A stretch of 63,554 nucleotides of DNA, filler included. It is 6 parts of 6 records of this genome, joined end to end, with 100 filler letters (N's around TTAATTAATTAA, not from the genome) between each part and the next. Parts side by side here need not be neighbours in the genome. Positions count along the whole stretch, not along the records: positions 40,295 to 58,376 come from SRR2962707_4436; 5 more parts are not named here. One strand, 5' to 3'. Below are positions 40,733 through 52,983 of this stretch, one piece after another. The notes under the pieces are model-generated. The model made no database searches and was not told the origin of the DNA. It saw only the letters and a program-made list of their open reading frames with translations. Within the stretch, counting starts at the first letter, position 1. Each line of letters opens with the position of its first letter. A program made the translations under genes and the position numbers.

Positions 40733-41605
40733 TCACAGCCAGTTCAAAATGGCCTCTGCAACCTCGCGCGGCTTTTGGTGGTGCAGCCAGTGGTCCGCGC
40801 CTTGGATGGCAACACGGGTCAGGTCGGGGGCGTAATCCTCAAGCCCTTGGGTCGATGCGGGCATCAGTGCGGTGTCATCTTGCCCCCAGACCAACAGATG
40901 CGGGCAGCGCACTTGCAACCGCGCGGGATCAAAGGTCAGCGCGTCGCTGATTGCTTCGCCGGTCTGGCCGATTTTCAGCGGCGACGCGCGGTACCAGTTG
41001 ACCATGCCCCGCAGGCCCGACGCGTCGCGCCATGCCGCCTTGTAACCGGTCAATGTCTCGCCTCGCAGCCAATCCATATCCATATGCGCCGAAAACAGCC
41101 CCATCAGCTTGGCAAAATCATCGGCGGCCAGAATGTCTTCTGATCCTTCGCGACGCAGGAAATGGATGTATTGCGACGCGTCGGTTTGTGGCCCGCCTTT
41201 GGCAAGTTCGCGCTGGAACGGGGCCGGGTGGACGCCGTTCATAATGATCAGTTTTGACACCAGTTCAGGCCGCCCGATGGTCAGCGCATAGGCCACGGAT
41301 GCGCCCCAGTCATGGCCCAGCAAGATCACCGGTTCATCGCCGATCAACGCTGCCATATCCGACACCAGTTGCGATGTTTTATAGTGTTCTGCCTCTGCGG
41401 GTCGCCAGCTTTGGCCATAGCCGCGCTGGTCGGGCGCGATGCAATGAAACCGCGTGGCCAGCAAGGGGGCGAGATCGTTCCAAGCCCCTGAGTATTCTGG
41501 AAATCCGTGCAACATCAACAGCTTCGGCGCGTCTTTGTTGCCCCAGTGGCGCACGAAAAACGGATGCCCGTTCAGCGTAACTGTCTCGGTCCAATCGGCT
41601 GTCAT
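40733..41605 (-). CDS. Alpha/beta hydrolase (epoxide hydrolase-like)
   Basis: LHGFPE, PDQRGYG, GHDWG, NWYRA, ADHW. Confidence 0.9.
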   Translation of the reverse strand: MTADWTETVTLNGHPFFVRHWGNKDAPKLLMLHGFPEYSGAWNDLAPLLATRFHCIAPDQRGYGQSWRPAEAEHYKTSQLVSDMAALIGDEPVILLGHDWGASVAYALTIGRPELVSKLIIMNGVHPAPFQRELAKGGPQTDASQYIHFLRREGSEDILAADDFAKLMGLFSAHMDMDWLRGETLTGYKAAWRDASGLRGMVNWYRASPLKIGQTGEAISDALTFDPARLQVRCPHLLVWGQDDTALMPASTQGLEDYAPDLTRVAIQGADHWLHHQKPREVAEAILNWL

Positions 41606-42747
41606 CTGATATTCTCTCCGCCCGCGGTGATGCTGCGTTGTGGCGCGGGCATATATTCTAGCACGATACCAACTGACGTGCCGGGGTCAAATCCCCGCCA
41701 TGTCGTGCCGTCAAGATAGGGAAGCATATCCTCGCCGCGTAAATGTATCCCCATAAAGGCGGCGGCGAAATGCTGGGCGATGTTGTTCATGCGCGATGTA
41801 TCCCACACGGGATCTGCATAGTGCAGAAATGGGGGCCAGCCCAGCACATCGGACATCGGCCAGCTTTCGGCAGGGGCCGGAATAGGAGCGGCGGCATTAT
41901 GACCTGCGCCTTGAAAACTCAGCAGATAGCGGTCCGCGCTTGCCCCCTCAAAGACGCGGCGCATCGAGCGATAGTTTGATACCTCGTCCGACGTGCCAGC
42001 GATCATAAACATCGGCGTGTCCAGCTGCGCCAGACCTGATGCATCCCACATGCTTTGGCCGTTGCCCCAAGGGCCGATAGGTATGATGGCTTTTAGCCGC
42101 GGATCACGCAGGGCTGCGTGGGTGTCCGACCCTGCCAGATGCCGCGACAACATATTGCCCGACCCCGCCCGCGTGTGGTTCAACGCCGTCGCCGCCAGCC
42201 CGGCCCCCCCCATGATCAACGCGCCATAGCCGCCCATCGAATACCCGATCAGCCCGACCTTTTCGCAATTGACCAACGCGCCCAACTCGCCGCCCAGCTC
42301 TGCCATTCCATCAATCACACCGCGCTGGTCCAGCGGCCGGTGTACCAATGTGACCTCAAACGGTTGCTGGTCCTGATAGGTGCTGCCCGCATGATCGGGG
42401 GCGGCCACGACATACCCCTTGGCGGCAAGGCTTTCAGCCAGATGTGCCAGCAAATACCGATTGCCGGGATACCCGTGAGAGATAACGATCAGCGGTGCGA
42501 TCCCTTGGGCCGGCCGGGCATTGCGGCAGGCAGAGCCGTGCAAAATCGTCGGGGTTACCCCGTCGCGGATCAATGTGTCATAGCCGATGCCGGGCTCTGT
42601 ATCTGCACGGGCCGGATACCAGATTTCCGTCGTCAATGTCCGGCCTGCATAGATGGTGATATCGTGGGTGGTGACCCCAACCGGATGCTGCCCTCGCGCC
42701 GCCAGACTGGGCGCATCAGGACGCACGATATCAATACGGTTATGCAC
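41602..42747 (-). CDS. Dienelactone hydrolase-like alpha/beta hydrolase
   Basis: ISHGYPGNR, GYSMGG, GHN; GTG start after GGGG. Confidence 0.85.
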   Translation of the reverse strand: MHNRIDIVRPDAPSLAARGQHPVGVTTHDITIYAGRTLTTEIWYPARADTEPGIGYDTLIRDGVTPTILHGSACRNARPAQGIAPLIVISHGYPGNRYLLAHLAESLAAKGYVVAAPDHAGSTYQDQQPFEVTLVHRPLDQRGVIDGMAELGGELGALVNCEKVGLIGYSMGGYGALIMGGAGLAATALNHTRAGSGNMLSRHLAGSDTHAALRDPRLKAIIPIGPWGNGQSMWDASGLAQLDTPMFMIAGTSDEVSNYRSMRRVFEGASADRYLLSFQGAGHNAAAPIPAPAESWPMSDVLGWPPFLHYADPVWDTSRMNNIAQHFAAAFMGIHLRGEDMLPYLDGTTWRGFDPGTSVGIVLEYMPAPQRSITAGGENIR

Positions 42748-42827
42748 AGTGTCCCCTTTAGTTAGACCCACTACTACGGCGGGAATACTGTGACAAGCGA
42801 TGTTGCGATAGGCAAGAAGGTGGGCGG

Positions 42828-43688
42828 TTAAATCAGGTGGGGCAGATGGGTTTTTAACGCGTCAAAAGTATAGGCAATACGGCGCAACCGCGCCTGATCC
42901 TCGTGAACAATCAACCAACAGGGCATCATGTGCCGGGTCTCGGGGGACACCCGCACCAGGCCCAGACGCGCGGCCAGCTTGACCTGACATATGCCAACGC
43001 CCACCCCGGCGCGCAGATGTGCGATCTGAACCAAGGGATCATCGCTGCGCAAAATGATGTTACGCGGCACAGGCATACCCGCGGCTGCCATGGCCGGCAG
43101 CATCCGGTTTTCACGGTCGTCCGCAATAAACGGCAGTTCCTCGATCGGACGGTCGGACATCGGGAGCGATGGCGCGGCAAACAGCCCCAGCTCGACGTCC
43201 GGCAGACGTTTTGCAATTAACGCCTGCTGGGTGGGCTGCACAAACCGTACCCCGATATCCGCCGCCCGCCGCAGCAGGTTTTCCGTGCTGTCGGTGCCCA
43301 CCAGCTCGAACCGTAGATCCGGCGCATCGCGGGTGATCTGGCCCAGAATATCGGGCAGCACAAACCCCGCCAACACCCGGCTACAGGTGATCCGAACGGT
43401 CCCCGCCACCGCGTCTTTGTTGCCCGACGCGATGCGGCGCAACGCTCCGGCTTCCTCAAGCACCGCCGCTGCGGCTGGCATCAGGCTATGCGCCATTTGT
43501 GTCGGGGTCAGCCCGTTGGCCGAGCGTGTGAACAATTGTACGCCCAGCTCATCCTCCAATGTTTCGATATGGCGGCGCACCGTGGGATGCGCCAAGCCCA
43601 ATTGCCGTGCGGCCGCAGACAGGCTGCCGTGGGTCATCACCGCATGAAAACTAGGGATCACATCAAGAGAGGAGAACAAGTTGCTCAT
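42828..43688 (-). CDS. LysR family regulator
   Basis: GSLSAAARQLGLAHPTVRRHI..LE..LG..LF.R. Confidence 0.92.
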   Translation of the reverse strand: MSNLFSSLDVIPSFHAVMTHGSLSAAARQLGLAHPTVRRHIETLEDELGVQLFTRSANGLTPTQMAHSLMPAAAAVLEEAGALRRIASGNKDAVAGTVRITCSRVLAGFVLPDILGQITRDAPDLRFELVGTDSTENLLRRAADIGVRFVQPTQQALIAKRLPDVELGLFAAPSLPMSDRPIEELPFIADDRENRMLPAMAAAGMPVPRNIILRSDDPLVQIAHLRAGVGVGICQVKLAARLGLVRVSPETRHMMPCWLIVHEDQARLRRIAYTFDALKTHLPHLI

Positions 43689-43784
43689 CAAATTATGATA
43701 GCTGACTGTACGCTTTTGAACAATTTATTTCAGCTGGGTCATATGGGAATGCTGAGGCAGAAACATCAACAAAGGATATGTGAC

Positions 43785-44159
43785 ATGCAGGGCGACCCCA
43801 AACCACATTTTGCCATTCGATATATTTTGCAAAGCGAAGGGGCGCTGATCGCCATAGTCGGCATCGTTCTGTATGCGCAGCACGGGTTCAGTTGGCTGCT
43901 GTTTGCGGTGCTGATCCTTGCCCCCGATCTGGCGATGATCGGATATATGCGCGGGCCACGTGTGGGGGCATTCTGGTACAACCTTGCCCATAGTTATATC
44001 GCGCCGCTGGTCCTGATGGCGGTGGCGCAGTGGGCTGCCAGCGAAACGGCCATGGCAATAGGACTGATCTGGGGCGTTCACATCGGTGCCGACCGCGCAT
44101 TGGGATATGGGCTGAAATATCCGGATGCGTTCAAATCCACCCATCTGGGCCGGATTTAG
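43785..44159 (+). CDS. DUF4260 membrane protein
   Basis: LAPDLAMIGY, YNLAHSY, HIGADRALGYGLKY...THLG. Confidence 0.85.
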   Translation: MQGDPKPHFAIRYILQSEGALIAIVGIVLYAQHGFSWLLFAVLILAPDLAMIGYMRGPRVGAFWYNLAHSYIAPLVLMAVAQWAASETAMAIGLIWGVHIGADRALGYGLKYPDAFKSTHLGRI

Positions 44160-44201
44160 AATCTCTTTCCCTTGTGTGGTTGCTGGCCTATGTCATGTAA
44201 C

Positions 44202-45584
44202 ATGACTTCAAACATGACATATATAGGCCACGCCCGCGCAATTTCGGTGATGGGGCTTCCACTGGTTGGTGGCCATCTGGGACAGGTGGCCATCGGTGTG
44301 ACGGACACGGTGATGATGGGGTGGTACAGCGTAGAGGCCTTGGCCGCTGTCACCCTTGCCAGCACGTATTTCTTTGTTCTGCTGATTTTCGGGTCTGGCT
44401 TTGCGTGGGGCGTGATGCCCATGGTCGCCGCGTTCGAGGCCGAGGGCGACGAAACCAGTCTGCGCCGCGCCACGCGTATGGGGCTTTGGCTGTCGCTGGG
44501 CTTTGCCTGTCTGGCGCTGCCGCTGATGATCTGGTCGCGGCCGGTGATGGCATTGATGGGGCAGGAACCGGCGCTGGCCGAAATGGTCGGCCAATATCTG
44601 GCGATTGCCGGATGGGGTATTATCCCTGCGCTGCTGGTTATGGTCCTCAAAAGCTATCTGGCGGCGTTGGAACGGACCCAAGTGGTTTTCTGGATCACCA
44701 TCGTGTCCGCCATCGCGAATGTTCTGGCGAATTACGCCTTTATCTTTGGCAATTGGGGCGCGCCTGAACTGGGTATTCGCGGTGCTGCACTTGCATCGCT
44801 TGCCTCCAATTCCGTGGCGTTGCTGGCGGTGATTTTCTATGTCCTCAAGGCGTTGCCCGAGCATCAGATTTTCGTGCGCCTGTGGCGGCCCGACTGGGAT
44901 ATGCTGGCGCGGGTGTTCCGTCTGGGCCTGCCCATCGGCTTTACCGGCCTTAGCGAGGTTGGCTTGTTTGCCGCCTCTGCTGTGATGATGGGCTGGCTTG
45001 GCACCGTGGCGCTGGCCGCGCACGGGATCGCCCTGCAACTGGCATCGATGACCTTTATGGTTCATCTGGGCATCAGCAACGTCGCTACAATCCGGGCGGG
45101 CAACGCCTATGGCCGCCGCGACCCTGAACATCTGGCCAAGGGTGCGATCACGGGCACGGCGATGTCGATCTGTATTGCCGCCCTGACGATTGTCGCCTTT
45201 GTGGCCTGGCCAGAGCCGCTGATTGATCTGTTCATGCAGAAATCCGAACCGGCACGTGATCAGATATTGGTCGTGGGTGCCGGGCTTTTGGCGATGGCGG
45301 CGCTGTTTCAGCTTGTGGATGGGGCGCAGGCCGTGGCCCTTGGGTTGCTGCGCGGCGTGCAGGATACCAAGATACCTATGATCCTTGCCGGTATCAGCTA
45401 TTGGGTGGTGGGCATCCCCGCATCCTATCTGCTGGGCTTTACCTTGGGGCTGGACGGCATTGGCGTCTGGCTGGGGCTGGTCGTTGGCCTAGGCGTGGCC
45501 GCTATTTTGCTGAACCTGCGGTTTTGGGGCCCTGCGATGCGGGGCCTGCGCAAGGCCAGCGCGGGTGCTACTGCGCAGACCTAG
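44202..45584 (+). CDS. MATE efflux transporter (NorM-like)
   Basis: DTVMMG, FIFGNWGAPELGIRGAA, FQLVDGAQ..LRG.QDT. Confidence 0.92.
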   Translation: MTSNMTYIGHARAISVMGLPLVGGHLGQVAIGVTDTVMMGWYSVEALAAVTLASTYFFVLLIFGSGFAWGVMPMVAAFEAEGDETSLRRATRMGLWLSLGFACLALPLMIWSRPVMALMGQEPALAEMVGQYLAIAGWGIIPALLVMVLKSYLAALERTQVVFWITIVSAIANVLANYAFIFGNWGAPELGIRGAALASLASNSVALLAVIFYVLKALPEHQIFVRLWRPDWDMLARVFRLGLPIGFTGLSEVGLFAASAVMMGWLGTVALAAHGIALQLASMTFMVHLGISNVATIRAGNAYGRRDPEHLAKGAITGTAMSICIAALTIVAFVAWPEPLIDLFMQKSEPARDQILVVGAGLLAMAALFQLVDGAQAVALGLLRGVQDTKIPMILAGISYWVVGIPASYLLGFTLGLDGIGVWLGLVVGLGVAAILLNLRFWGPAMRGLRKASAGATAQT

Positions 45585-45976
45585 GGCATCCGGGCTGATT
45601 TTTTGCGCACCAACGTGCTACGCAGATCATGCATGGCCAGCAACAACGCATCGGTGACCTCTTCCAGTTGGTCGTCGCTGGCCTTGGATTGCACCCATTG
45701 GGTGGTCAGGTTCAGATAATCAATCGCGCGGTGGATATCGTCCATATCGCGCTGCGCCACCAATGCGGTGCGTTCTTCCATCCACGCCCTGATATGCGCG
45801 ATATCCGTATCTGATAATTCCCTGTCACCTTGGGGCTTGATCTCGCCATTGCGAATATTTGCCACGGCGATCTGGTCCATTTCGATCCGGCGCTGACGGT
45901 TCGCCGTATCGATCCGAAACACTGCTGCCCCGTTGTCCCGGACGCGGAAATAGTATTCTGGCAATTCGGTTGTCAT
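45581..45976 (-). CDS. Conserved hypothetical protein
   Basis: LPEYYFRVRDNGAAVFRIDT.NRQRRIEM, coherent 131 aa ORF. Confidence 0.75.
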   Translation of the reverse strand: MTTELPEYYFRVRDNGAAVFRIDTANRQRRIEMDQIAVANIRNGEIKPQGDRELSDTDIAHIRAWMEERTALVAQRDMDDIHRAIDYLNLTTQWVQSKASDDQLEEVTDALLLAMHDLRSTLVRKKSARMP

Positions 45977-46071
45977 CTCAGTGGTCCTTTTGTCTGGCGT
46001 TGGCACCCCCATACCCACCGAATGGCTAACAAATGAATACCTTACGGGGGGCAGGGCGGGCTGGCGTGGGG

Positions 46072-47754
<1,683 letters not shown>

Positions 47755-47755
47755 A

Positions 47756-48022
47756 ATGGCTGAACTGCGCGAACACAAGGTCAAACGTCTGCACATGCGA
47801 TCCATGCGGCGCGGGATAAAAGAGATGGATTTGATTCTGCCGTCTTATGCTTCCACCCGGCTGGAAGCGATGGATGATGCGGCGCTGGCGCTGTATGACG
47901 ACATGCTGGCCGAGAATGATCATGATTTGTATCAATGGGTTACAGGGCAAAAGACACCGCCCGCAGAATTCGCTGCATTGATCGCTGATATCAAGACGCA
48001 TATCGCGGATAACCCGCTTTAG
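47756..48022 (+). CDS. sdhE: Succinate dehydrogenase flavinylation factor
   Basis: RRGIKEMDLIL, E.D.DLY.W. Confidence 0.88.
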   Translation: MAELREHKVKRLHMRSMRRGIKEMDLILPSYASTRLEAMDDAALALYDDMLAENDHDLYQWVTGQKTPPAEFAALIADIKTHIADNPL

Positions 48023-48134
48023 GCCGATGGGTTAAGCTATTAAATTGCATTCGAAATAAGCATGTAACTGGTTTAACGATATATTTCTCTTTTTTGTTGA
48101 GTTTCCGACAAAGCAGTTTTTGTCGGAGAGAGAT

Positions 48135-48635
48135 ATGAGTGTCCAAGATCAAATCACCCTGCCGGGATCCCAAAAAGGGTTTATGGTCGGCTACCTCGAG
48201 GCGCTCAGCCTTGTGGAACGATTGCACAGGCTTTTGCTGGATGTGATCAAAGATGAATTTGAAAGGGTGGGCGCGCTTGAAATCAATGCGGTGCAGGCGT
48301 TGCTGCTGTTCAACATCGGCGACAACGAAGTGACCGCCGGCGAATTGAAAACGCGCGGGTATTATCAGGGCAGCAACGTCAGCTATAATCTGAAAAAGCT
48401 GGTCGATATGGGGTACATGCATCACCAGCGTTGCGAAATTGACCGCCGTTCGGTGCGGGTGCGCCTCACGGAAAAGGGCCGCAATGTCAGCACCATCGTA
48501 TCTGAACTATTTGCGCGCCACGCCATCGGGTTGGAAAGCAAAGGTGTGTTGGGCCCCGAAGGCATCGAAGACATCACCCATTCGTTGAAACGGGTCGAAC
48601 GGTATTGGACAGACCAGATCAGATATATCTACTGA
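48135..48635 (+). CDS. MarR-type winged-helix regulator (LdtR-like)
   Basis: VERLHRLLLDVIKDEF, GYYQGSNVSYNLKKL, DRRSVRVRLT. Confidence 0.85.
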   Translation: MSVQDQITLPGSQKGFMVGYLEALSLVERLHRLLLDVIKDEFERVGALEINAVQALLLFNIGDNEVTAGELKTRGYYQGSNVSYNLKKLVDMGYMHHQRCEIDRRSVRVRLTEKGRNVSTIVSELFARHAIGLESKGVLGPEGIEDITHSLKRVERYWTDQIRYIY

Positions 48636-48750
48636 TCAATTATCGTGATGGTATGGCGGTCAAATCGTCATAGCCGTTTCGGGGCCATACGTCTGGACCT
48701 CGCCAATTTACTCACACATGATCCCGCTATTCTTTTTTGGGGATCATATT

Positions 48751-49578
48751 ATGCAACCGCTTCGTCTCGCCTCCTTTTCCACCGACAACAAAGGGGGCAA
48801 CCCCGCCGGTGTGGTGATCGCGCCGCAGCATCCCTCGGACCAAGTGATGCGCCAGATCGCAGCCGATCTGGGATATTCCGAAACCGCCTTTGCCAGTCCA
48901 CAAGATGATGCCTGGCGCGTGCGGTATTTCTCCCCCGAGAGCGAAGTCCCCTTTTGTGGACATGCCACGGTAGCCTTGGGGGCGGCACTTGCTGCCCAGC
49001 ATGGTAATGGCGTTTACACGCTGATCCTGAATGAGACGACGATCACCGTCGAAGGGTATAGCGAAAACGGTCAGATGCGCGCGGCACTACAATCCCCCGC
49101 CACGCACAGCACCCCCGCAGCCCCCGAATTAACCATCGCAGCATGCGCCTTACTGGGGCTCGGGGCCGATGATCTTGACCCCCGCTTTAGCCCCACCTTT
49201 GCCGGGGCAGGGGCCACACATCTTATCCTTGCGCTGAACAGCCGCGATAGATTGGCCGCGATGTCCTATGATCTGGCAGCCGGGCGCGATCTGATGCGTG
49301 AATATGGCCTTGTCACAATCATGTTGGTCTGGGTCGAAGACGATCAGCTTTTCCACGTGCGCAATGCGTTTGCCTCTGGCGGCGTTCTGGAAGACCCCGC
49401 AACCGGGGCTGCTGCCGCTGCCTTTTCTGGATACCTACGTGATATCTCATGGCCGCATGGCGGCAAACTCACCATCATCCAAGGCGAAGACATGGGCGCG
49501 AAATCTATCATCACCGCTGAAATCCCCGATGAAAAAGGCGCATCGATCCGCGTGTCAGGCGAGGTACGCCAAATCTAG
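48751..49578 (+). CDS. PhzF family isomerase
   Basis: GGNPAGVV, SETAF, EVPFCGHAT, EDPATG. Confidence 0.92.
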   Translation: MQPLRLASFSTDNKGGNPAGVVIAPQHPSDQVMRQIAADLGYSETAFASPQDDAWRVRYFSPESEVPFCGHATVALGAALAAQHGNGVYTLILNETTITVEGYSENGQMRAALQSPATHSTPAAPELTIAACALLGLGADDLDPRFSPTFAGAGATHLILALNSRDRLAAMSYDLAAGRDLMREYGLVTIMLVWVEDDQLFHVRNAFASGGVLEDPATGAAAAAFSGYLRDISWPHGGKLTIIQGEDMGAKSIITAEIPDEKGASIRVSGEVRQI

Positions 49579-49584
49579 CCGGTT

Positions 49585-50292
49585 TTAGTCGGGGACCAGC
49601 TCTGACACTGCCAACATCTCTAACTCGCGCAGCAATTTGCGGGTCATCGCGGCCTCGTAATCGTCAAAACCCAATGCCGTTTCCACAAAGGCATCCGGCC
49701 CCGTGATCACCTCGGCCTTGAAATACGAGGGCAACCCGCCATTTTCCGGCTGAGGTGCCGCACCGGCATCTGCGCCGATCACCAACGCATTCACGGTAAT
49801 CCCCCGCGCGCCAATCGCGTCTTTCACATCGCGGGGACGGGGGCCGAGGTTCGACATCCCATCGCCGGAAATATCCAAGGTGCGTTTCCAACAGTCTGGC
49901 TGCTGATCCAGATACTGCCCGCCCAGGATCATCGCCGTACCCAAGGCCGTACCAGGCGACACATCGCGCCGCGCGGTTTGCAGCAAGGTCTCGATAAATC
50001 CGTTCAACGTGGCCGCATCCACAATCGCCATCCAAGGGGCAATCACGGCCTGATCTGACGGGCCGCTCCACTCGTAGACCATGACGGAAACCGGCACGCG
50101 CGGCGCAGACAACAGCGCATCACGCACCGCCACATTGTCCAGCGCGGCTGCCAAGCCGTTGATCTGCAACCTGTATTCGCGCGCATCGACTGACCCCGAC
50201 ACATCCAACCCTAGCGCCAGCGCCTGACGGCACGCCGCGTCCGCCATCCCGGCAAACCCAAGCGCCAATACACAGGCCAGCACCCTCATCAT
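49585..50292 (-). CDS. DUF1194 (vWA-like) secreted protein
   Basis: LGLDVSGSVD, EWSG, DISGDG, VNALVI. Confidence 0.88.
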   Translation of the reverse strand: MMRVLACVLALGFAGMADAACRQALALGLDVSGSVDAREYRLQINGLAAALDNVAVRDALLSAPRVPVSVMVYEWSGPSDQAVIAPWMAIVDAATLNGFIETLLQTARRDVSPGTALGTAMILGGQYLDQQPDCWKRTLDISGDGMSNLGPRPRDVKDAIGARGITVNALVIGADAGAAPQPENGGLPSYFKAEVITGPDAFVETALGFDDYEAAMTRKLLRELEMLAVSELVPD

Positions 50293-51002
50293 CCCGCATC
50301 CACCGGCGCGGATAGCGTGCCAATCGCGGGGGGCGTCAGCTCGCGTTCCAGCTTGATCCGCATGGCCCGCTCGTAATCCTCGAACCCGTTGGCGACGACC
50401 AGAAACGCGCCCGGCCCGTGCAACACCTCGGCGCGGTAGAACGCGATCAATCCGACCTCGGCCTCGTAATCGGCAGCGTTCACCACCAACCCGTTCACCG
50501 TGACCCCCTCAAACGGAAAGGCAGCATAGGCATGCTGCGGCCCGAAGCCTTCGTTGTTTTGACCATCGCCCGCCATATCCAGCGTCTTGTACAAACAGCT
50601 CGGTGCGCGTTCCAACAGACCCGCGCCATAACCCAACCCGTAACCCATCGCCGTGGGGAAATCATTGTGGCTGCGTTTACTGCGGGCCACCGTGTCGGCG
50701 GCGCGCAGCAAATCATCCAACGTGTCAATCAACGTCCAATCTAAAATCAGCTGTTGATTATAGCGGCCTGACCATTCGTAAACCGCCAGCGCCACCGGCA
50801 AATCACTGGTGAAAAACGCCCGTGTCACCGCATCCGACACCAGCGCTGACGCCATGCCACCGCGTTGCAAACGGTCCTCAGCGGCATCAACAGAACTGGA
50901 CACGTCCATGGCCAAAACCAACGCCAGCCGACACCCCGCCGCTGCAACAGCGACGGGCGATAGCAGCAACGCCGCAACCATGGACGCAAGCCCAGCCCAC
51001 AC
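50289..51002 (-). CDS. DUF1194 (vWA-like) secreted protein, tandem paralog; start uncertain
   Basis: LAMDVSSSVD, EWSG, D.AGDG.NNEG, VNGL. Confidence 0.85.
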   Translation of the reverse strand: MWAGLASMVAALLLSPVAVAAAGCRLALVLAMDVSSSVDAAEDRLQRGGMASALVSDAVTRAFFTSDLPVALAVYEWSGRYNQQLILDWTLIDTLDDLLRAADTVARSKRSHNDFPTAMGYGLGYGAGLLERAPSCLYKTLDMAGDGQNNEGFGPQHAYAAFPFEGVTVNGLVVNAADYEAEVGLIAFYRAEVLHGPGAFLVVANGFEDYERAMRIKLERELTPPAIGTLSAPVDAG

Positions 51003-51007
51003 GGGGC

Positions 51008-51442
51008 TTACCAGTGACCGGTGTTTTCCATGCTGGTCCATGGCTCCGCCGCTTCCAGCGCGTCGCCTTCTTGCAGCAGCTCGATCGAGATATTGTCGGG
51101 GGACCGGATAAACGCCATGCGCCCGTCACGCGGGGGGCGGTTGATCACGATGCCGTTGTCTTGCAGCATTTTGCAGGTGTCATAAATGTTTTCGACCGTA
51201 TAGGCGAGATGCCCGAAATGGCGGCTGTCATCGGGCAGCGCGTCATCGCCATCCCAGTTATAGGTCAGCTCAAGATCCGCATGGCCATCGTCCTGACCGG
51301 GCGCGCATAGATACACCAGCGTAAACCGCCCGCCTTCGTGGTCCATGCGGCGACGCTCTTGCAGGCCAAGAAGTTCATAAAAGGCCATGGATTTTTCCAA
51401 GTCCTTAACGCGCACCATCGTGTGAAGATATTTGATCGGCAT
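51008..51442 (-). CDS. gloA: Lactoylglutathione lyase (VOC family)
   Basis: YLHTMVRV, ELTYNWD, FGHLAY, AFIRSPD.ISIEL. Confidence 0.88.
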   Translation of the reverse strand: MPIKYLHTMVRVKDLEKSMAFYELLGLQERRRMDHEGGRFTLVYLCAPGQDDGHADLELTYNWDGDDALPDDSRHFGHLAYTVENIYDTCKMLQDNGIVINRPPRDGRMAFIRSPDNISIELLQEGDALEAAEPWTSMENTGHW

Positions 51443-51676
51443 TGGGGGTCCTTCTTTCTGGTCTCTGGCGGACAACGGAACAGGGATCTTACTCCAATTC
51501 CCAGTCCTGGATTTCGTGTCTCAAAACGGGGGGCGGTTGAATACGCCGTGCTCGCTTTGATCGTGAATTTAGGGGCAAAGCCGCGCGTGTCAAAACCTAC
51601 TGTCAAATGCGACGCGATAACGGTTGGTTTTACGTGGCCCCGGGGCATCCTTCCCACAGGGGCGACCCCAAGATCA

Positions 51677-51723
51677 ACACCACATATGGCGGTGTGCGCC
51701 CGAACGGCGCTATATTATGGGGT
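51677..51723. promoter_or_regulatory. Pair of NrdR-box-like sites
   Basis: ACACCACATATGGCGG (51677-51692) and a weaker GCGCTATATTATGGGG about 30 bp downstream, upstream of thyA. Confidence 0.5.
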
Positions 51724-51869
51724 GCAAACAGTGGTGCAGTCGTATAAATGCCAGTGCAGCACTGCCCAAGGTGTTCACAGCTATTTTAAATGAATGATGG
51801 CTCTGGATGTACCTGCGGGGTTCTTTTAGTCTTGGGCAGACGACGCTCTATACAGCAGGAGGGATGAGT

Positions 51870-52766
51870 ATGCGGCATCCAGAACACCAGTACCTCGACC
51901 TTCTTTCACAAGTTCTTGAAAAAGGGGACGAACGTATCGATCGGACGGGTGTGGGCACGCGGTCGATTTTCGGGGCCATGGTGCGCTTTGATCTGTCTGA
52001 CGGCACTGTGCCGATCCTGACGACCAAGCGTGTTTACTGGAAAACCGCCGTAAAAGAGATGCTTTGGTTTCTGACCGGCGGCACCAACATCCAACCCCTG
52101 CTGCGTGAAAATGTGCGCATCTGGTCCGACTGGCCACTTGCCGCCTACCGCCGCGAGACCGGCCAAGATATCTCGCAGCCAGACTTCGAACAACGGATCG
52201 TTGAAGACGATGCTTTCGCCGCACGTTGGGGCGAACTGGGCCCAGTATATGGCAAACAGTGGCGGCGCTGGCTTGGCTCGGACGGTCGCGAGCATGACCA
52301 GATTGCCGATCTGGTAAAGACGCTGCGCGAGAACCCCAGCAGCCGCCGCATGCTCTTTCACGGCTGGAACGTGGCCGAACTTGGGTCAATGGCGTTGCCG
52401 CCGTGCCACATGGTCTATCAGTATCACGTGACCTCTGACGGGCGTCTTAACTGCTTGTTATTCCAGCGGTCTGTCGACCTGCTTCTTGGCGCTGCATTCA
52501 ACTATGTGGGCGCGACCGCGCTGCAACTGATGCTGGCACAACAAGCGGGCTTGCGCCCCGGCGAACTGGTCTGGGTCGGCGGTGACGTCCATTTGTATCT
52601 CAACCATCTTGATCAGGCACGCGAGCAACTCTCGAGGGATCCGCGCCCGTTGCCGAAAATGAAGCTTTTGCGCCACGCGGACAACATTGACGACTACCGG
52701 TTCGAGGATTTCGAGGTCGAAGGTTACGACCCGCACCCCGCTATCAAGGCCGACGTCGCGGTATAG
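51870..52766 (+). CDS. thyA: Thymidylate synthase
   Basis: DRTGVGT, EMLWFL.G.TN, LGPVYGKQWR, MALPPCH, QRSVD, GDVHLY.NH. Confidence 0.96.
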   Translation: MRHPEHQYLDLLSQVLEKGDERIDRTGVGTRSIFGAMVRFDLSDGTVPILTTKRVYWKTAVKEMLWFLTGGTNIQPLLRENVRIWSDWPLAAYRRETGQDISQPDFEQRIVEDDAFAARWGELGPVYGKQWRRWLGSDGREHDQIADLVKTLRENPSSRRMLFHGWNVAELGSMALPPCHMVYQYHVTSDGRLNCLLFQRSVDLLLGAAFNYVGATALQLMLAQQAGLRPGELVWVGGDVHLYLNHLDQAREQLSRDPRPLPKMKLLRHADNIDDYRFEDFEVEGYDPHPAIKADVAV

Positions 52767-52983
52767 GCATTGTCTGCCGTCTGGCCGCTGCGCTTGGCGT
52801 TAGAACCCGCAACCCGAAACGCGTAGCCATAAAACAGTGCCTCGGCATTATGTATCGTGAAAATCCACGTCCCGTTCAGAAAGGATACCAGATGCGTTCT
52901 CAAGAGGTGCACGGCCTTCACGCCGCACAAAATTGCGCAGGCCATTCCAAAGCGAAATCGCGCGTAGACGGAGGTGTCGGATC